Below are positions 1 to 13,399 of a stretch of DNA of 64,000 nt, piece after piece. The stretch's first letter is position 1; each line of letters begins with the position of its first letter. Source of the stretch: Octopus sinensis (Eukaryota); assembly GCF_006345805.1 (NCBI RefSeq), contig NC_043008.1, positions 77,190,001-77,254,000 on the forward strand, in the 5' to 3' direction. The notes below the pieces were generated by a model, which was given only the letters and a program-made list of their open reading frames with translations, made no database searches and was not told the DNA's origin. The position numbers and the translations under genes were made by a program.

Positions 1-1499
1 GAACTCTTGAATTCCTGCAGACACGCAACTAAATTTAAAATGTCGACTATCAATATCCCATTTGGATAGCGTATATTTTTGATTCTTGGACTAGTTTTTG
101 ATCACACTGTTAGATTTGTTTCGTTTTATGCATGATTTATTCTGCATCGCAAAGTTTTTGTATATATTTTGACATATTTCTTAAGAAAAACCTTCGACTG
201 TTATATACAAATATTATTATTTTCTTGTTTAGGATTCTGCTTTCATTTTATTTCATTTTATTGTATTTTATAAACCCATTTTAATCGTTTAATTTATAGA
301 TAATTCGATATAGGCTGTTCTATTTTGCATGTCTTTTATCTAAATTTTATTATTATGCTCTCAGGAATTTTAAAAATAATGTTGTTTGTATATACGTCAG
401 GACGTAGACATATTTTTATGTGGATATTTGTATTGTTCGCATGCATATGTATCCGTATGTATGCGCCTATGTATATGAGTAAGTAAGCGTGTATGTTTAT
501 ACTTATGCACATACAAACTTGGATGTATATGTATGCATGTATTCACTTGAATTTGTGTGGATGTGTATTTACGTACTTGTTTCTATATATTTATGTGTTC
601 TTATATGTGTATTTACTGGTAATATACACTTTTATATACACGTATGCGTAATTTTATTTTGTGAATGTTCGTTACGCATAATCAGACTTCTTTCTTTCTT
701 CCTTTCTTTCGTTATTTTTTCTCCTCCTATTCGTTACTTGTATAGTCCTGTAACTTTACACCCCCCCCTTCTGTTACTTGCTTCTTTAGCAATCTGTTGC
801 TTATAAGATCGTTACCTTTTCTTTTTCTTTTTCTTCCCCCTCTCTGCGTTTTACTTCTCGTCTATATGTATACACCAAGTGATTTTTGCATGAGGGCAAG
901 ATTGCGTATACATATGTATATGTGTATTTGTGTGTATATTTACGTCTTGCATATATATATATATGTCAGCATATGTATGTGGTCTGTGTACATCCATCTG
1001 TGTATTTTGATGTATATATGTATATTGATGGTTTAGTTCGCGTATATACTCTTTTGTTGTGAAATATTAAAATTTTAATGTATTAATTGTATTAATCGAA
1101 TTATATTTCATATATAATTAATGACTATATGTATTTTGAATCCGCTCTTCGATTTAAGGTTTTTCCTCGATTTTTATAATTTATAATTTATATTGAATCC
1201 ATTTATTTTGTTTATTTTGTTTATCGCATGCTTAAGTCCGTTATTTGACAGGACCAATGAAACAAATCCCTTTCTTAAAGGTGTATCCTTTAACTAGTTT
1301 TGAATATATTGTTATTTCTGTTCTATTTTAACAAACTGTCCGACGAACGCATACACACACATATATACATATTCTTTCAATTCTCTTATTATTTTAAACT
1401 AAAATCTTGACATTTCTGTTACTTATTTGCTCTTTATTCACATCGAGCTGTGCGGATAATACCGGACTAACTTGGTGCCCCAACTTAAGTACCTGATTC

Positions 1500-1691
1500 A
1501 ACTGAATCTTAATTATTTCTTATCGAAACGCAGAGTAGATGAAACCATGGCGACTGAAGAAGGGGAATTTTCCTTGTGTTATTTGTCCTGTACTCTATTT
1601 TTTCGTTGTTTAAGAAAAATGTCCAGTTCCTTGGTTTTGTGTTTATGTTTTCGTTTCTCATTGTGTTCGACGTTTTTTGGTGTCCTGTACC
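1500..1691. repeat. Partial copy of a dispersed ~400-600 bp family (probable Penelope-like terminal repeat) next to a (TA)n tract
   Basis: Shares GAAAC..GAGTAGAT..CTGA(A/T)GAAG and the GTCCTGTACCC terminus with 2290-2665, 7862-7937 and 8324-8690. Confidence 0.5.
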
Positions 1692-1766
1692 CATATATGC
1701 ATGTATATATACATGTAGAGGTAGGTACGTACATATATGTATGTATATATGCATGTTTTATTTATT

Positions 1767-1810
<44 letters not shown>

Positions 1811-1811
1811 C

Positions 1812-1930
1812 ATTAGAGATAAAACCACTATTAGGCAAATCAAACAGTGAAAAACATAAACCAATATATAAAAATAAATTAATTAATATAATATACAAAA
1901 TATACAAAATATAAAATTCAAAATTTTAAT
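1812..1930 (+). repeat. Single-arm copy of the palindrome sequence at 4285-4832
   Basis: TTAGAGATAAAACCACTATTAGGCAAATCAAACAGTGAAAAACATAA is identical to 4301-4347; flanked by (TA)n. Confidence 0.8.
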
Positions 1931-1949
1931 TATATATATATATATATAT

Positions 1950-1991
<42 letters not shown>

Positions 1992-2053
1992 ATATATATA
2001 ATATATATGCATATATACATACATATATGTACATACTTACATATATACGTATA

Positions 2054-2665
2054 TACAGGACGTCATAAAACGTAAACAACATGAAGTACAAAATACGAAA
2101 ACGAACTTTTTTGCGAACAACTTCTCTCCTTTTGGTTTTTTCTCTCTCATCCTTTCTCTAATTCTTTTCCGCTCCCCTTCACCATTCTCTGTCTGTTCCT
2201 CTCTCTTTCTTACTCCCCCTCATTTACTCTCTTGTTGCTCATCTTGCTGCCATCTTTCTTTTCCTAACTTGAGCTTCTTTCCTTTTGATCTCCCACACAG
2301 ATCAGGCGCATTCGTGTCTGTCTCTTCTCCTGCCAAAGCTTCTTCCTCCATCGTTCTCCACCTCACCTCGTTATGGCTTAGCAGCTCTTACTGTTTGTTT
2401 TCACTGTCCTGTTTTTGTTACCAGCTTTGACCCTCCGCAAATTCCAAATTTTGCTTTGCGGGAGCAACTGTTTTCTCGAAGACATCTTGTCGTAATTGCT
2501 CGAAATGTGGAGTAGATAAACAGCCCATAACTGATGAAAGGTCGTTCTTTATGTTACTTGTCTCGTTCTTCGTTTGTTTCTTTCGTTGCTCACACAAAAA
2601 AGTTCGTATGCCATGTTTTGGTATTTCGTATTTCACGTTCTTTACTTTTTATGACGTCTTGTACA
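2054..2665. mobile_element. Repeat with inverted ends (TACAGGACGTCATAAAA ... TTTTTATGACGTCTTGTA); probable Penelope-like terminal repeat with an inverted partial copy, MITE not excluded
   Basis: Imperfect ~60-bp inverted ends next to TA/CATA tracts; 2290-2665 is the reverse complement homolog of 8324-8690; contains a degenerate hammerhead-like motif at 2468-2523. Confidence 0.5.
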
Positions 2666-2713
2666 CATATATGCGTATATATATATACATATACATACAT
2701 ACATAAATATAAG

Positions 2714-2747
<34 letters not shown>

Positions 2748-3101
2748 ATATACACACATACATACATACACACATACATACATACATACATACATACATA
2801 CATACATACATACCAGCATACCTACATACCTACATGCCTACCTACCTACCTACCTACCTACCTACCTACCTACCTACCTACCTACATGCATGCATGTATG
2901 CACGCACGCACGCACACACACGCACACACATACACACATACATACATATATATATGTGTGTGTGCGTATGTATGTATATATGTATATACACACACACCTG
3001 CACAAACACATATATATTTCCCTTTTTCTCTTTCCTCTCTTTATACATACACACGCACACGCACGCGACGCACACACACTCACACACACACACACACATA
3101 T

Positions 3102-3149
<48 letters not shown>

Positions 3150-3971
3150 AATGTAGTGGTATTTGCTATGGTGTAGCAATGTCAGTATGGTTGGTTTATG
3201 TATAACCATGAGGATGGTGCTCTGATGCAGAGTTGCATGTGATGATTGAGGTGATGGTGATGATTCTGGTGCTGGTGTGAATGGTAGTTATAGAGAGGGT
3301 GGTATATACGATATATCATCCTGGATGCTGTCCACCAATAATTGTGTGGGAGACACAATTACATACATACATGTGTGTGTGTGTGTGTGCGTGTGTGTGT
3401 GTGTGTGTGGTATTTATATATAAGTATAGCCAAGATCACAATGAAAGTGGGGATTCGGTTGCAAATTCTTATTATTATAACATAAATTACATAATCTTTA
3501 GTCGTGTTTCTGTAGCGTATACTAGTATGATACACAGCTGTTTTTTTATAAAGACGGTTGCATAATCACTCTCTAAGCATTACCTGAGCGACAACTTAAT
3601 TTCATAAGGGAAGTCATTAGGGTGACTTCACTCGTCAAACGTTTGGAATATCCTTACGAGAACCAGAAATGAAATGAAAAACATTAGCTGAAACAGCTTT
3701 CTGTTGCTATACCACACACAACTTAAAAAACAAACAAAATAATATAAAGATGAGCGTTTTCTTCAAACTTTCATCTCATACTTCAAAAAATATTCAAACA
3801 ATGAGCTTTTCAAAAGAAAAACAGACTCGGATTACAAACTGATGATTGGAACCAAATAAATCAGTTACTAGAAACTGGAACCTTTCTGGTACGATATATT
3901 AAAGAATACACTTAACTTGTATTGAGTCTCGGATATTATCGCTACATACATACATACATACACACCCACAT

Positions 3972-4126
3972 GTGTGGCAGTGTGGTTAAAAGCTTGCTTC
4001 CTAACCACATGGTTCCGGCTTCAGTCCCACTGCGTGGCACCTTGGGCAAGTGTCTTCTACTATTGCCTCGGGCCGATCAAAGCCTTGTGACTGGATTTGG
4101 TTGACGAAAACTAAAAGAAGCCCGTC
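3972..4126 (+). mobile_element. tRNA-derived SINE, 5' part (octopus OR/OK-like family)
   Basis: A-box-like TGGCAGTGTGG and B-box-like GGCTTCAGTCCC; body nearly collinear with 43770-43930 and 46787-46941. Confidence 0.8.
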
Positions 4127-4139
4127 ACACACACACACA

Positions 4140-4205
<66 letters not shown>

Positions 4206-4284
4206 TAGGGAATAAATCCAAATTTACAGGGAAAAATGAGATTAGGATTAAATCCAATTTTATAGTATAAATATATTATATTAT

Positions 4285-4825
4285 ATTATATTATATTAAA
4301 TTAGAGATAAAACCACTATTAGGCAAATCAAACAGTGAAAAACATAAGCCAATACATAAAATTAATTTAAAATATAAAAGTTTAAAAATTATTTAAATAA
4401 TTTAAACTTACAAATATATATATATATGTATGCATGTATATTTTTATATTTATATATTATTTAATTAATTAATTAATTAACTAATTAATTAATTAAAAAA
4501 AAACATTTTTTTAATATATATATCAAAAGTATTAAAAGTATTAAAAGTTTAATAAAAGATAAACTTTATTAAACTTTTAATACTTTTAATACTTTTGATA
4601 TATAAAAAACAATTAATTAATTAATAAATAAAATAATATATAAATATAAAAATATACATACATACATATATATATATATTTGTATATATATATATATATA
4701 AAATTTATAAGTTTAAATTATTTAAATAATTTTTAACTTTTATATTTTAAATTAATTTTATATATTGGCTTATGTTTTTCACTGTTTGATTTGCCTAATA
4801 GTGGTTTTATCTCTAATTTAATATA

Positions 4826-4832
<7 letters not shown>
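4285..4832. repeat. 548-bp imperfect palindrome (foldback) flanked by (TA)n
   Basis: 4285-4558 is the reverse complement of 4563-4832, with a loop of about 5 nt. Confidence 0.9.
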
Positions 4833-4908
<76 letters not shown>

Positions 4909-4989
4909 ATTCGAATTTACAGAATTTACAGACAGCCATGTGAAGGAACAAGGAAGTGTATTAGTTTGACACACGAGAAGAATGGAAGT

Positions 4990-5025
4990 CTTTGGCGTTT
5001 TGAGCCTACGCTCTTCGACAGAAAG
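4990..5025 (-). ncRNA. Degenerate minimal type-I hammerhead ribozyme-like motif
   Basis: Minus strand: cttt CTGTCGA A GAGC gtag GCTC AAAA CG CC aaag; stems I and II pair, core mutated. Confidence 0.45.
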
Positions 5026-5159
5026 GATTAAGATGTGGGAGAAAAGGAGAAAGAACGAAAAAAAGCGGTGAGAGAAAAAATGTGTAGGGAATCAAGGTTC
5101 AACGCGATGAAATGGCCGTAAGAAAGAGGCTGAGTGAAAGAGGGATAATAAGGGCAACC

Positions 5160-6130
5160 CGGCGGAACTAGGATGCGCAAGCGCGTGTATTCATGTGCAA
5201 ATGGCGTGCGTGAGTGTGTACGCGTGAATGGGGAAGAGCGTGTGTGTGTGTGCATGAGGGGGTGAGCGCGTGTGAATGTATATGTAGGTAAGCTTAAAAT
5301 TATGTGGGCCTGCGCGTGTGTGTATGTGTATAAGTAACTTAGTGCGTACATTTTGTGGAGTGATGTGCGTTTCATGTACTGGCGTGTGTGTGTGTGTGTG
5401 TGTATGTGTGTGTGTGTGAAAATGCATGGGCCTGTGTTCGTGCATAAAAGCGTGTGTGTGTATGTGTACAAGTGACTTAGCGCGTGCGTTGTGTGGAGTA
5501 ATGTGCATATCATATATGTGTGTGTGTGTATGTGTGCGTGCGTGCGTATGACGTGTGTACATGTGTGTGAGGCTATCGTGTGAGCGTGTGTGTAAAACCC
5601 TTGTGCGGAAAGTTGATGTGTGTTTGTTCGAGTGAAGTGTGCACGTGTGTAAGTGTTGTGTGAGAGAGAGTGAAAGAGAGAGCCGGTATAACGTGTGTGT
5701 ATTGTGTATATTTTTGTACAAAATTTGAATGTGTTTGTCTGTGTTGTGTGCGTATGTTTATTGTCTGTATTCAGGCGTGTTGTGTGCATGTGTACTGTGT
5801 GTGCTTTTTTGGGGCGAATGGTATGTTGTGGGGGAAATGCATAGAGGTGCGAGATGGGATAGAGGTGATGACAGAGGCTGGGAAGTGGGATACGTGTGTT
5901 GGGAGGTGAAATAGGGGTATGGGGAGAGCGGGATAGGAGTGCTGAGAGGTATTGGGTGCTGGTGTGTGGGAATATATGTGCATGTGTGTGTGGGAGTGTG
6001 CAAAATGGCGTGTGGTGTGGATACTGAGTTGAAAAGTGCGTAGCGGTGTTTGTATAGGTGTGTATAGGTGTTTGTATATTGGTGTGTGTGTGTGGTGTAT
6101 GGGCGTTTGTATATTGGTGTGGTTTAAGCT
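5160..6130. repeat. GT/CA-rich low-complexity tract with an internal ~110-bp duplication
   Basis: 5320-5440 resembles 5455-5560; composition explains the His/Thr-rich spurious ORFs. Confidence 0.7.
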
Positions 6131-6229
6131 GACTGAAACTGCGCTTGCGCGGTGAATTTTGAAAAATCATAACATATAATAATGAGACACGTGTTATTTG
6201 TCTCTAAATTATATGTTAATTGTTAAGGC

Positions 6230-6301
6230 ACGGTCACTGATGAGGATTCGCCTAGCAAATTATTTTATTTGCTAAAATAATCAGTATGATCGTATGACCG
6301 T
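6230..6301 (+). ncRNA. Degenerate type-I hammerhead ribozyme-like motif (GAAA lost)
   Basis: ACGGTCA CTGATGA GGATT..TAGCAAAT/ATTTGCTA..AATC AGTA TGATCG TA TGACCGT; 7-bp stem I and an intact CUGAUGA. Confidence 0.55.
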
Positions 6302-6724
6302 ATGACCGTATGACCGTAAAAAATAACAAGGTAAAAGTTTTTATTTTTCATTCCCTTCGAAAATTTTGGTCGTTTTTACTGCTTCTTCTAGCGTGTAAAA
6401 ATTACCTATTAAAGGTAGTTTTCTTTTGTGTTTAAATGTACACTATGTCATATATATATATTGTATAAATGATCGTGGGTGAGGCCAGAACAATGCGAAG
6501 TGTTTGAGCGTGTGTGGAGTGAACACGCTCACACACACTCACGCACACACACATCGGCAACATTCGTTAATTTCTTGAAAATGGAGTCATAACCCCGACA
6601 TTCTGAATGCAAGGTAAGTCTACATTAATTCATATATGTGTTTTCTTATGATTTGCCTTACATTTACTTCGCATTGTTCTGGCTTTACCCACGATTTCTA
6701 CACAATGCTTTATAGTAATTATTC

Positions 6725-7490
6725 CATTATAACCTATTGTATAAAAGTCAATGTCCGTGCGTTCACGTGTTCGTGTGTTACTTATAGACTCGAATACTAC
6801 TGGACTGATCCTAATGAAATTTGGAACACCAAATCTAAGCCTTGGGAGAAGCCCCGTGAAAATTCATATGCTTCGGATTTTGATTTAATTTGAACCACAG
6901 GTAATATAAAAAATTTTTTAAATATACCCCAAATTTTTATTTCTTTGGATGATTTTAAGACTCCCTAATGGGGTCTTAACCCTAAATTTTAGTCATTTTT
7001 CAATGACCAAAATTACTAAATGGATCCTTATATTTGGAACTTAGATTCAATGCATAAGGGCGGGTATGATGCAATATGTTTAGTTTGAATTTGAGTATCT
7101 TAAAGGGGACAGAACCCCCCATAAAAATTCATAAATTTCCGATGTTGATGAAATTTCAGCCACAGGTAATTGATACAAATCAAGAAGTATTCCCAAAATT
7201 TCCGCCTTTCATAAGGATTCTAATACCCCCCTAACGGTTGCCTTACCTCCTAAATGGATCTTTATGAAATTTGGAAATTATATTCAATGCATAAGGGCGG
7301 ATGTAATGCAGTATATCTTTGAAAGTGAGGGGGCATAAATGAGGCCATAACTCTCATGAAAATTCATATAGTTTTGCTGCTGATGAAATTTTAACCACAA
7401 ATGAAGAAATGTTCCTAAAATTTCAACTTCTTAGATTAGTAAAACTCCTTAATGGAGGCTTAACCCCCACAATTTAGTCATTTTACCTAA
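6725..7490 (+). mobile_element. Helitron-like non-autonomous element with ~245-260 bp internal tandem units
   Basis: 5' end TATTGTATAAAAG..ACTGGACTGATCCTAATGAAATTTGG resembles non-autonomous Helitron heads; units begin AAATTCAT at about 6861, 7124 and 7360. Confidence 0.4.
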
Positions 7491-7961
7491 GCCAAGACGA
7501 ATACAATTATAGTCTTGGAAGCCGTAGAGTCACCTGAGGATAAAAGATGAGTGTTATTTGTAATTCAATGTTACAACAGTGTAAGAGTTTCCTTTGAGAT
7601 ATACTTAGTTTGTGATTTCTGCAATGTGGTGCATAAATTGTCAAGTAAAGGAGAGGCATTGATTCAGTTGCAAAGTGTTATTTTGAGTAAAGTTATTTGG
7701 TTACAGACCTCCTTTGAGTCTTTTTATTATCACTGGGTCAGAAATAGGCCCCAGATTGTAACATTGATTTCAAGGCTTTTTCAGATAAGTGATTGGTCAT
7801 TCAAAGAGACTTATAGATTATAAATTTATTCTGTTCAGTTACTTGTCCTATTTTACATTTTTCTCTCCCGTTGTTTGAGTATTTGACTCATTTGTTTTCG
7901 TATTTCATGTTCTTTACTGTTGGTGGCGTCCTGTACCCATATACATACATACATACATACA

Positions 7962-8041
<80 letters not shown>

Positions 8042-8067
8042 CACATGATTGATTGATTCTGATTGAT

Positions 8068-8110
8068 TCTAGTTTCAGCTTATGAGCTGTGGCCATGCTG
8101 GGGCACCGCC
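8068..8110 (-). mobile_element. SINE 3'-tail fragment
   Basis: GTTTCAGCTTATGAGCTGTGGCCATGCTGGGGCACC matches the tail at 46561-46597. Confidence 0.55.
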
Positions 8111-8135
8111 ATTTTATATATTATATATATTATTC

Positions 8136-8200
<65 letters not shown>

Positions 8201-8276
8201 ATATAAATAATATATATATAAATATATATATATATGCATATATACATACGTATATGTACATACTTAAGTCTATACG

Positions 8277-8320
<44 letters not shown>

Positions 8321-8323
8321 GTG

Positions 8324-8690
8324 GGGGCACAGGACATCACGAAATGTGTACAACAAAAAATACGAAATACGAGTACATGGTATGTAAACTATTTTTTCGA
8401 ACAACGGAAGAGGCAAATGGAAAACAAGGCAAACAACACAAAATCAGTTGTTGGCTGTTTTTCTACTCTCGTATTTCGAGCATTTAACAAGATACGCTTT
8501 AGATAAAACAGCTGCTCCCGAAAAGCAAGTTAAATAAAATTTGAGATTTTGCGGAGGATCAAAATTGATAACACAAACAGGACAGTCAAAACAAACAAGA
8601 AGTGCTGCTAAGCCTAAACGAGGTTGTGGTGGCGAACGCATAAATCAAGCTTGGACAGGAGACAGATATATATATATTGTCTGTTTTATG
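8324..8690. repeat. Copy of the 2290-2665 family in opposite orientation, with a degenerate hammerhead-like motif on the minus strand (8454-8512)
   Basis: Reverse-complement alignment to 2290-2665; minus strand gctgttttat..GCTC GAAA TACGAGAG TA gaaaaacagc. Confidence 0.6.
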
Positions 8691-9939
8691 TGTAGAAATA
8701 GATTTACGGCTGCTACCGTTCAGTTTAGGGCTCCTCGTGAATTATTTTCATCCAGTCTACTTCCAGTATAGTGCTTTAGCTACTACCATACTTTGTTGTA
8801 TTACTAGTTGTGATATATAGAGCATATCTAAGAGAAATCATGATAAACACAAGTTTGTATCATTTGTTCCGATGTACGTTTAAGAATTGTGGCTGTTTAG
8901 AACTTTGCATTGAATTTTCCAAGTGCTTAACCATAAAGAATCACCGGAGGTCGCTTAATAACGTTACTGACTTCCAAACAATCACAATGGTAACACGTAC
9001 ATAGGAACAAATGATATAAAGTTGTGTTTATCGGAATTCCTCATATCTGTGTGTGAGTGTGTGTTTATGTGTGCTTGTGTGTGTGTGTGTGTGTGTGTGC
9101 ATGTGTCTGTCTCTGTCTGTATGTATGTATGTATGTATGTTTGTATGTAAATAAAAACGAATGGCTAGTTCAAAATATCGTTATGGGAATTTCAATAGCG
9201 TAGTTTATTTCAAATACGAGTCCATAACAACATCTATATTAATAAAAACGAAATTTTGTCTGACCGTCGGGAACTCTTGTATCTCATCCTACATTTGCTC
9301 AACAAAAACATATACCTTTTTGGAATCGGGATGACCACGGTATTGAAAATCTACCCTTCATTTGGTTTTTGAACATTCAGCATTAGGACGTGATTTAAAA
9401 GCATTTGGGTTGCTATTTCTAACAATTAAAGCTTGGCTAAATCATGTCGTCTTGGTGGCGTTTATCAGATGATGTCAGAGATCAAGGGGAGACAAATGAC
9501 ATTCGCTTCGTCGAGATAAGAACTTTGGGACAGATTGGCCAACAACTGGAATTCAACTTAGGACTGGAACAATAGAATGATTGCATTACAGAATTAATTC
9601 TCATCCATCCTTAACCGCTGATCAAACACCACCAGGGCATATATAGTCATGCTATTTAACTCTCTTCAGTTTTGGGACGCAGACCCAATTAGCCCTTTGC
9701 AGGAACTAGCATACAAGTCCGCACGGCGTGCAACTCTTAAGCTAGTATTAGATAAAATTACGTAAATATGTAGTTACGCAGCCACTCCATTTCTTCAGGT
9801 GATATTCTACCAAACAGTTTGGAGAAAACACGCAGTGCTTCTTAATTTGCCAAGCTGTAATTGATCCACTTTGTATTACTCTCTCTCTTCGTTTTTCCCC
9901 CTCTCTCTATATATATATGTGTATATGTCCATCCATAAG

Positions 9940-10010
<71 letters not shown>

Positions 10011-11199
10011 CACACACAATATATATATTAATATATATTATATATACACACACATACATACATAAAATGTATGTGTGTTTATTTTCATTGATATATGTAT
10101 TACACAACGCACAAAAAGGCACGCACACATAAACACACACACACTATACGACTATTCATACCATTTGTAGAATTATATATTTTTCTGTAATATAGTATTT
10201 TTTTAAACAGTGATATCCCACCCCACCATGGTTAACATTCAACACTAATCGGTCCTGAACTGGTGTCTATGGGCATATGAATTGTATTCTGCTGTGAGAA
10301 GATATTTCTGTTATATGTTATGGAAGAAGTAGGATGTATATTTTTAGATTGTTAAACCACATGTTAAATTGATACATTAGTGTTCCCCTTTTCACTGCTA
10401 TATATAAACAATCTGGTTTACTGCAGCGGATATATATAAATAGTTTAGGTCATGAAGTGTGTGTATATGTTGCTTTGGAGCAGTGAAATGTGTGGTGGGA
10501 CGAGTAGAGTAGACGGTTATAAGTATATACTTGTAAGATATTAGTGTGTATATAAAGTGAAGGAAAAGGCAGACAGCTTAGTTAGCGGATGCTATACATA
10601 TCAAGAAGGATGTAGAATGCAGAGGACTACGGGACTATAGGTCTTGTGATTAAATTCCCTGCAATTCAGTGTAAGGAATATTACCTGGGACTGTATCCAG
10701 GATGAAGAATTATCTCTAATCTACTGAATAATAATATTGTAAGATGTATATAGCAAAGAAAGACTTATGATATATTATGTTTTGAATAAAACACAGGGTG
10801 TAGCAGAATGTATACAGCAGGGGAAGTTATGTATGCATTATTATGAATGTTGTACTACAAAGTATACATAACGATGTTAGATAATTTATAATATAGTATA
10901 TGAGCTACACGGTGTACATAGCAAGAGGTGCTATATAACATGCAACATACTGTACTTGCTACAGAGTGTGTATAGCATGAGATGTTATGTAAAATGTAAA
11001 ATACTGTTTGCGGCACTGATTGTATATAACAAAATAACTTATGTAATGTATTATATCTTCTACGAATGTACATGGCAGGAGGTCTTATATACTATCCGAT
11101 ATACTGAATGCGTTTTATAGTAAAACACAATCGTTCTTAATCAGGGTAGTAGCTAGGGAACGCTGTGATCTCACAGGGGAATGCTATAGCTGACGGTGG

Positions 11200-13140
11200 A
11201 TAATATTTATATTTTGAAAAGTTGAAAAAAGTTTTGTCGGAATTTCAATTTGATTCCGACATCGTATTATCAGTGAACAGAAAATAACCGATGATGTGAC
11301 GAGATTCAAAAGAGTACGACATTCATATTCGCAGGTAATGGCCAGGATATTTTCATACATTGTAAAACATTCTTATCCTGGTTTTTCATACAGCCACCAA
11401 AATTAGATAGGTGTAGTTGTTACCAAAACAAGATGTTAGTAGATATAATCACAAAATTGTGGTATTAAAAGCAAAAAAGTGGGTTGCGGGGATACATATA
11501 GCCACAAGACGGCAGTAGCTATAACAACAAAAAGATGGCGTTATCTTTAACCACAACAAGATGAGGATAACCATAACCACAATAATGCGGTTGTAGTTAT
11601 GACCAAAACAAGAATGGGGTTAACGATAACCACAAGATGGAGGTAGCTGTAACCACAAGACGGGGGTAACCATAACCACAGAGATTTAGGGATAGTAATA
11701 ACAACATGACGGGGATAGCTATGAACAAAATAAGAAAAAAGATGACAGCAGCTTATAACCACACCATGATGGAGTTGGGCATAATGACAAAAGCGTAGCT
11801 AAAACCGCAAGAATTGGATAGCTATAAGATGGAAGGGCTATAACCACAATAATATGGGGCTAGCATAACAACATTAGTTTGTCGGTAGCAATATTCGCAC
11901 GATAATGGCAGTTGCGATATTAACAATAAGATGGCGGTAGTTTTAGCGACAAAAAGATGGGGGTGGCTGTAGCCCACTAATACAGGGCTAGCTATAATCT
12001 CTAAATTTGACGGTAGCTTTAACGATAACAAGATGGCGGTAGTTACATCCACAAGATGGCAAGTAGCCATAAGCTGTGTAAGACTGGGGTAACAATAACC
12101 GAAACAAGATGGCTTTAACAATAACTACAAGATGGGAAAAGCTATAACCACAATAATATGGAGGTGACTTTACACTTATGAGTGTAATGATAACCACTTC
12201 AAGATGGGCATGGTAATAACGCAACCTTTATTGTCTTTTACTATTGCTAATGTTTTCGTTCTGTGCACTCCACTTTTGTCTTTTTAGAATACATCTTTAC
12301 CATTACATATTATCATTCCAATGTCACCTACAACTCATCAATTACATACAATATTTATATTGTAGACTTCAAAAATATTTTGTCGGAATTTGAATATGAA
12401 TCGAGCATGGTGCTATCACTGAACAGAAACATAGCAAGGTGTAATAGAGAAAGGCTGGATGCAGTATTTATTCTACCAGATAGTATCTGGGTATTTTTGC
12501 ACACTGCAACATACTCTCACCCTCATTATCCATACACCCACCACAACAACATGGAGATAGCTATAATCACGACAAAGTGGAAGTAGCCAACAAGACTCGG
12601 GTAGCTGTAATTGCAAGGTGGGAGTAACTGTAACCACAAGATGGGGATCGCTATAACCACAACAAAATGAAGGTAACTATAACCACAAGATGGAGGTAGT
12701 TATAGCAACAACGAGATGGAAGTAACAACAGCCATAAAAAGACAGGGTTTGTAATAACCACAGGGTGGTAGTTGCTATATCAACAACAAAACTGGGATCG
12801 CAATAACCACAACGCTTGACTTTTACTATTGCTTAAGTTTTGTTATTTGCACTCTGTTATTTATCTTTCTAGAGTATGTCTTTAATATATCTGCTTACTT
12901 TCATTTCTAGTTTACCTATCATTGCTGTCTTTTCTCATTCAACTGCCAGCCACATTATTTCCTGGGGATTTAACTACAAACATCACGTCACTTCGTGTCT
13001 ACTTTAGTACCTTATACTTCTATATTCGTACTTCACACAATACTGAAGTTCATATTTTACGCTCATTCTTTCATACATCCGCAACATATAATCATTCCAA
13101 AGTCACCGACAACTCATCAGTCAGACCAATCAAGTTAGAC
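11200..13140. repeat. Degenerate ~23-bp minisatellite (ATAACCACAAGATGGAGGTAGCT-like) in two blocks within an old ~1.1-kb tandem duplication
   Basis: Arrays at about 11390-12215 and 12540-12815; shared spacers TTTTGTCGGAATTT (11232, 12378), CTTTTACTATTGCT (12235, 12820) and ATCATTCCAA.GTCACC.ACAACTCATCA (12313, 13090). Confidence 0.75.
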
Positions 13141-13399
13141 CATGCCATATGTTCAAGGTTTTGTTTCGTTTCTGCAATTTGGTTTTAAAACAAGAGCACT
13201 TCTTCAGTCCCCACCGCCTAGTCTTGCCATTAGGAACTCTGCAATCAGTGTATCCCTTTGCTTTCACTCCTCTATTTTATTGCCTCCTGTGTAAAACAAG
13301 GTGCAACTTGGTGTTGATTCTCACAACATTGATACAGCCACATTATTGCTTTAAGGCAACTACAGCAAGAATACTCAAGATTTGAATAATCCACCAGTC

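Noticed and set aside
3972-4060. Functional tRNA gene (also at the other SINE heads)
   Set aside because: A and B boxes are followed by the shared SINE body and I see no complete cloverleaf
5028-6170. 380-aa His/Thr-rich ORF
   Set aside because: It is a translation of CA/GT low-complexity DNA with no recognisable domain; the same applies to the many YIYI, HTHT and CVCV ORFs
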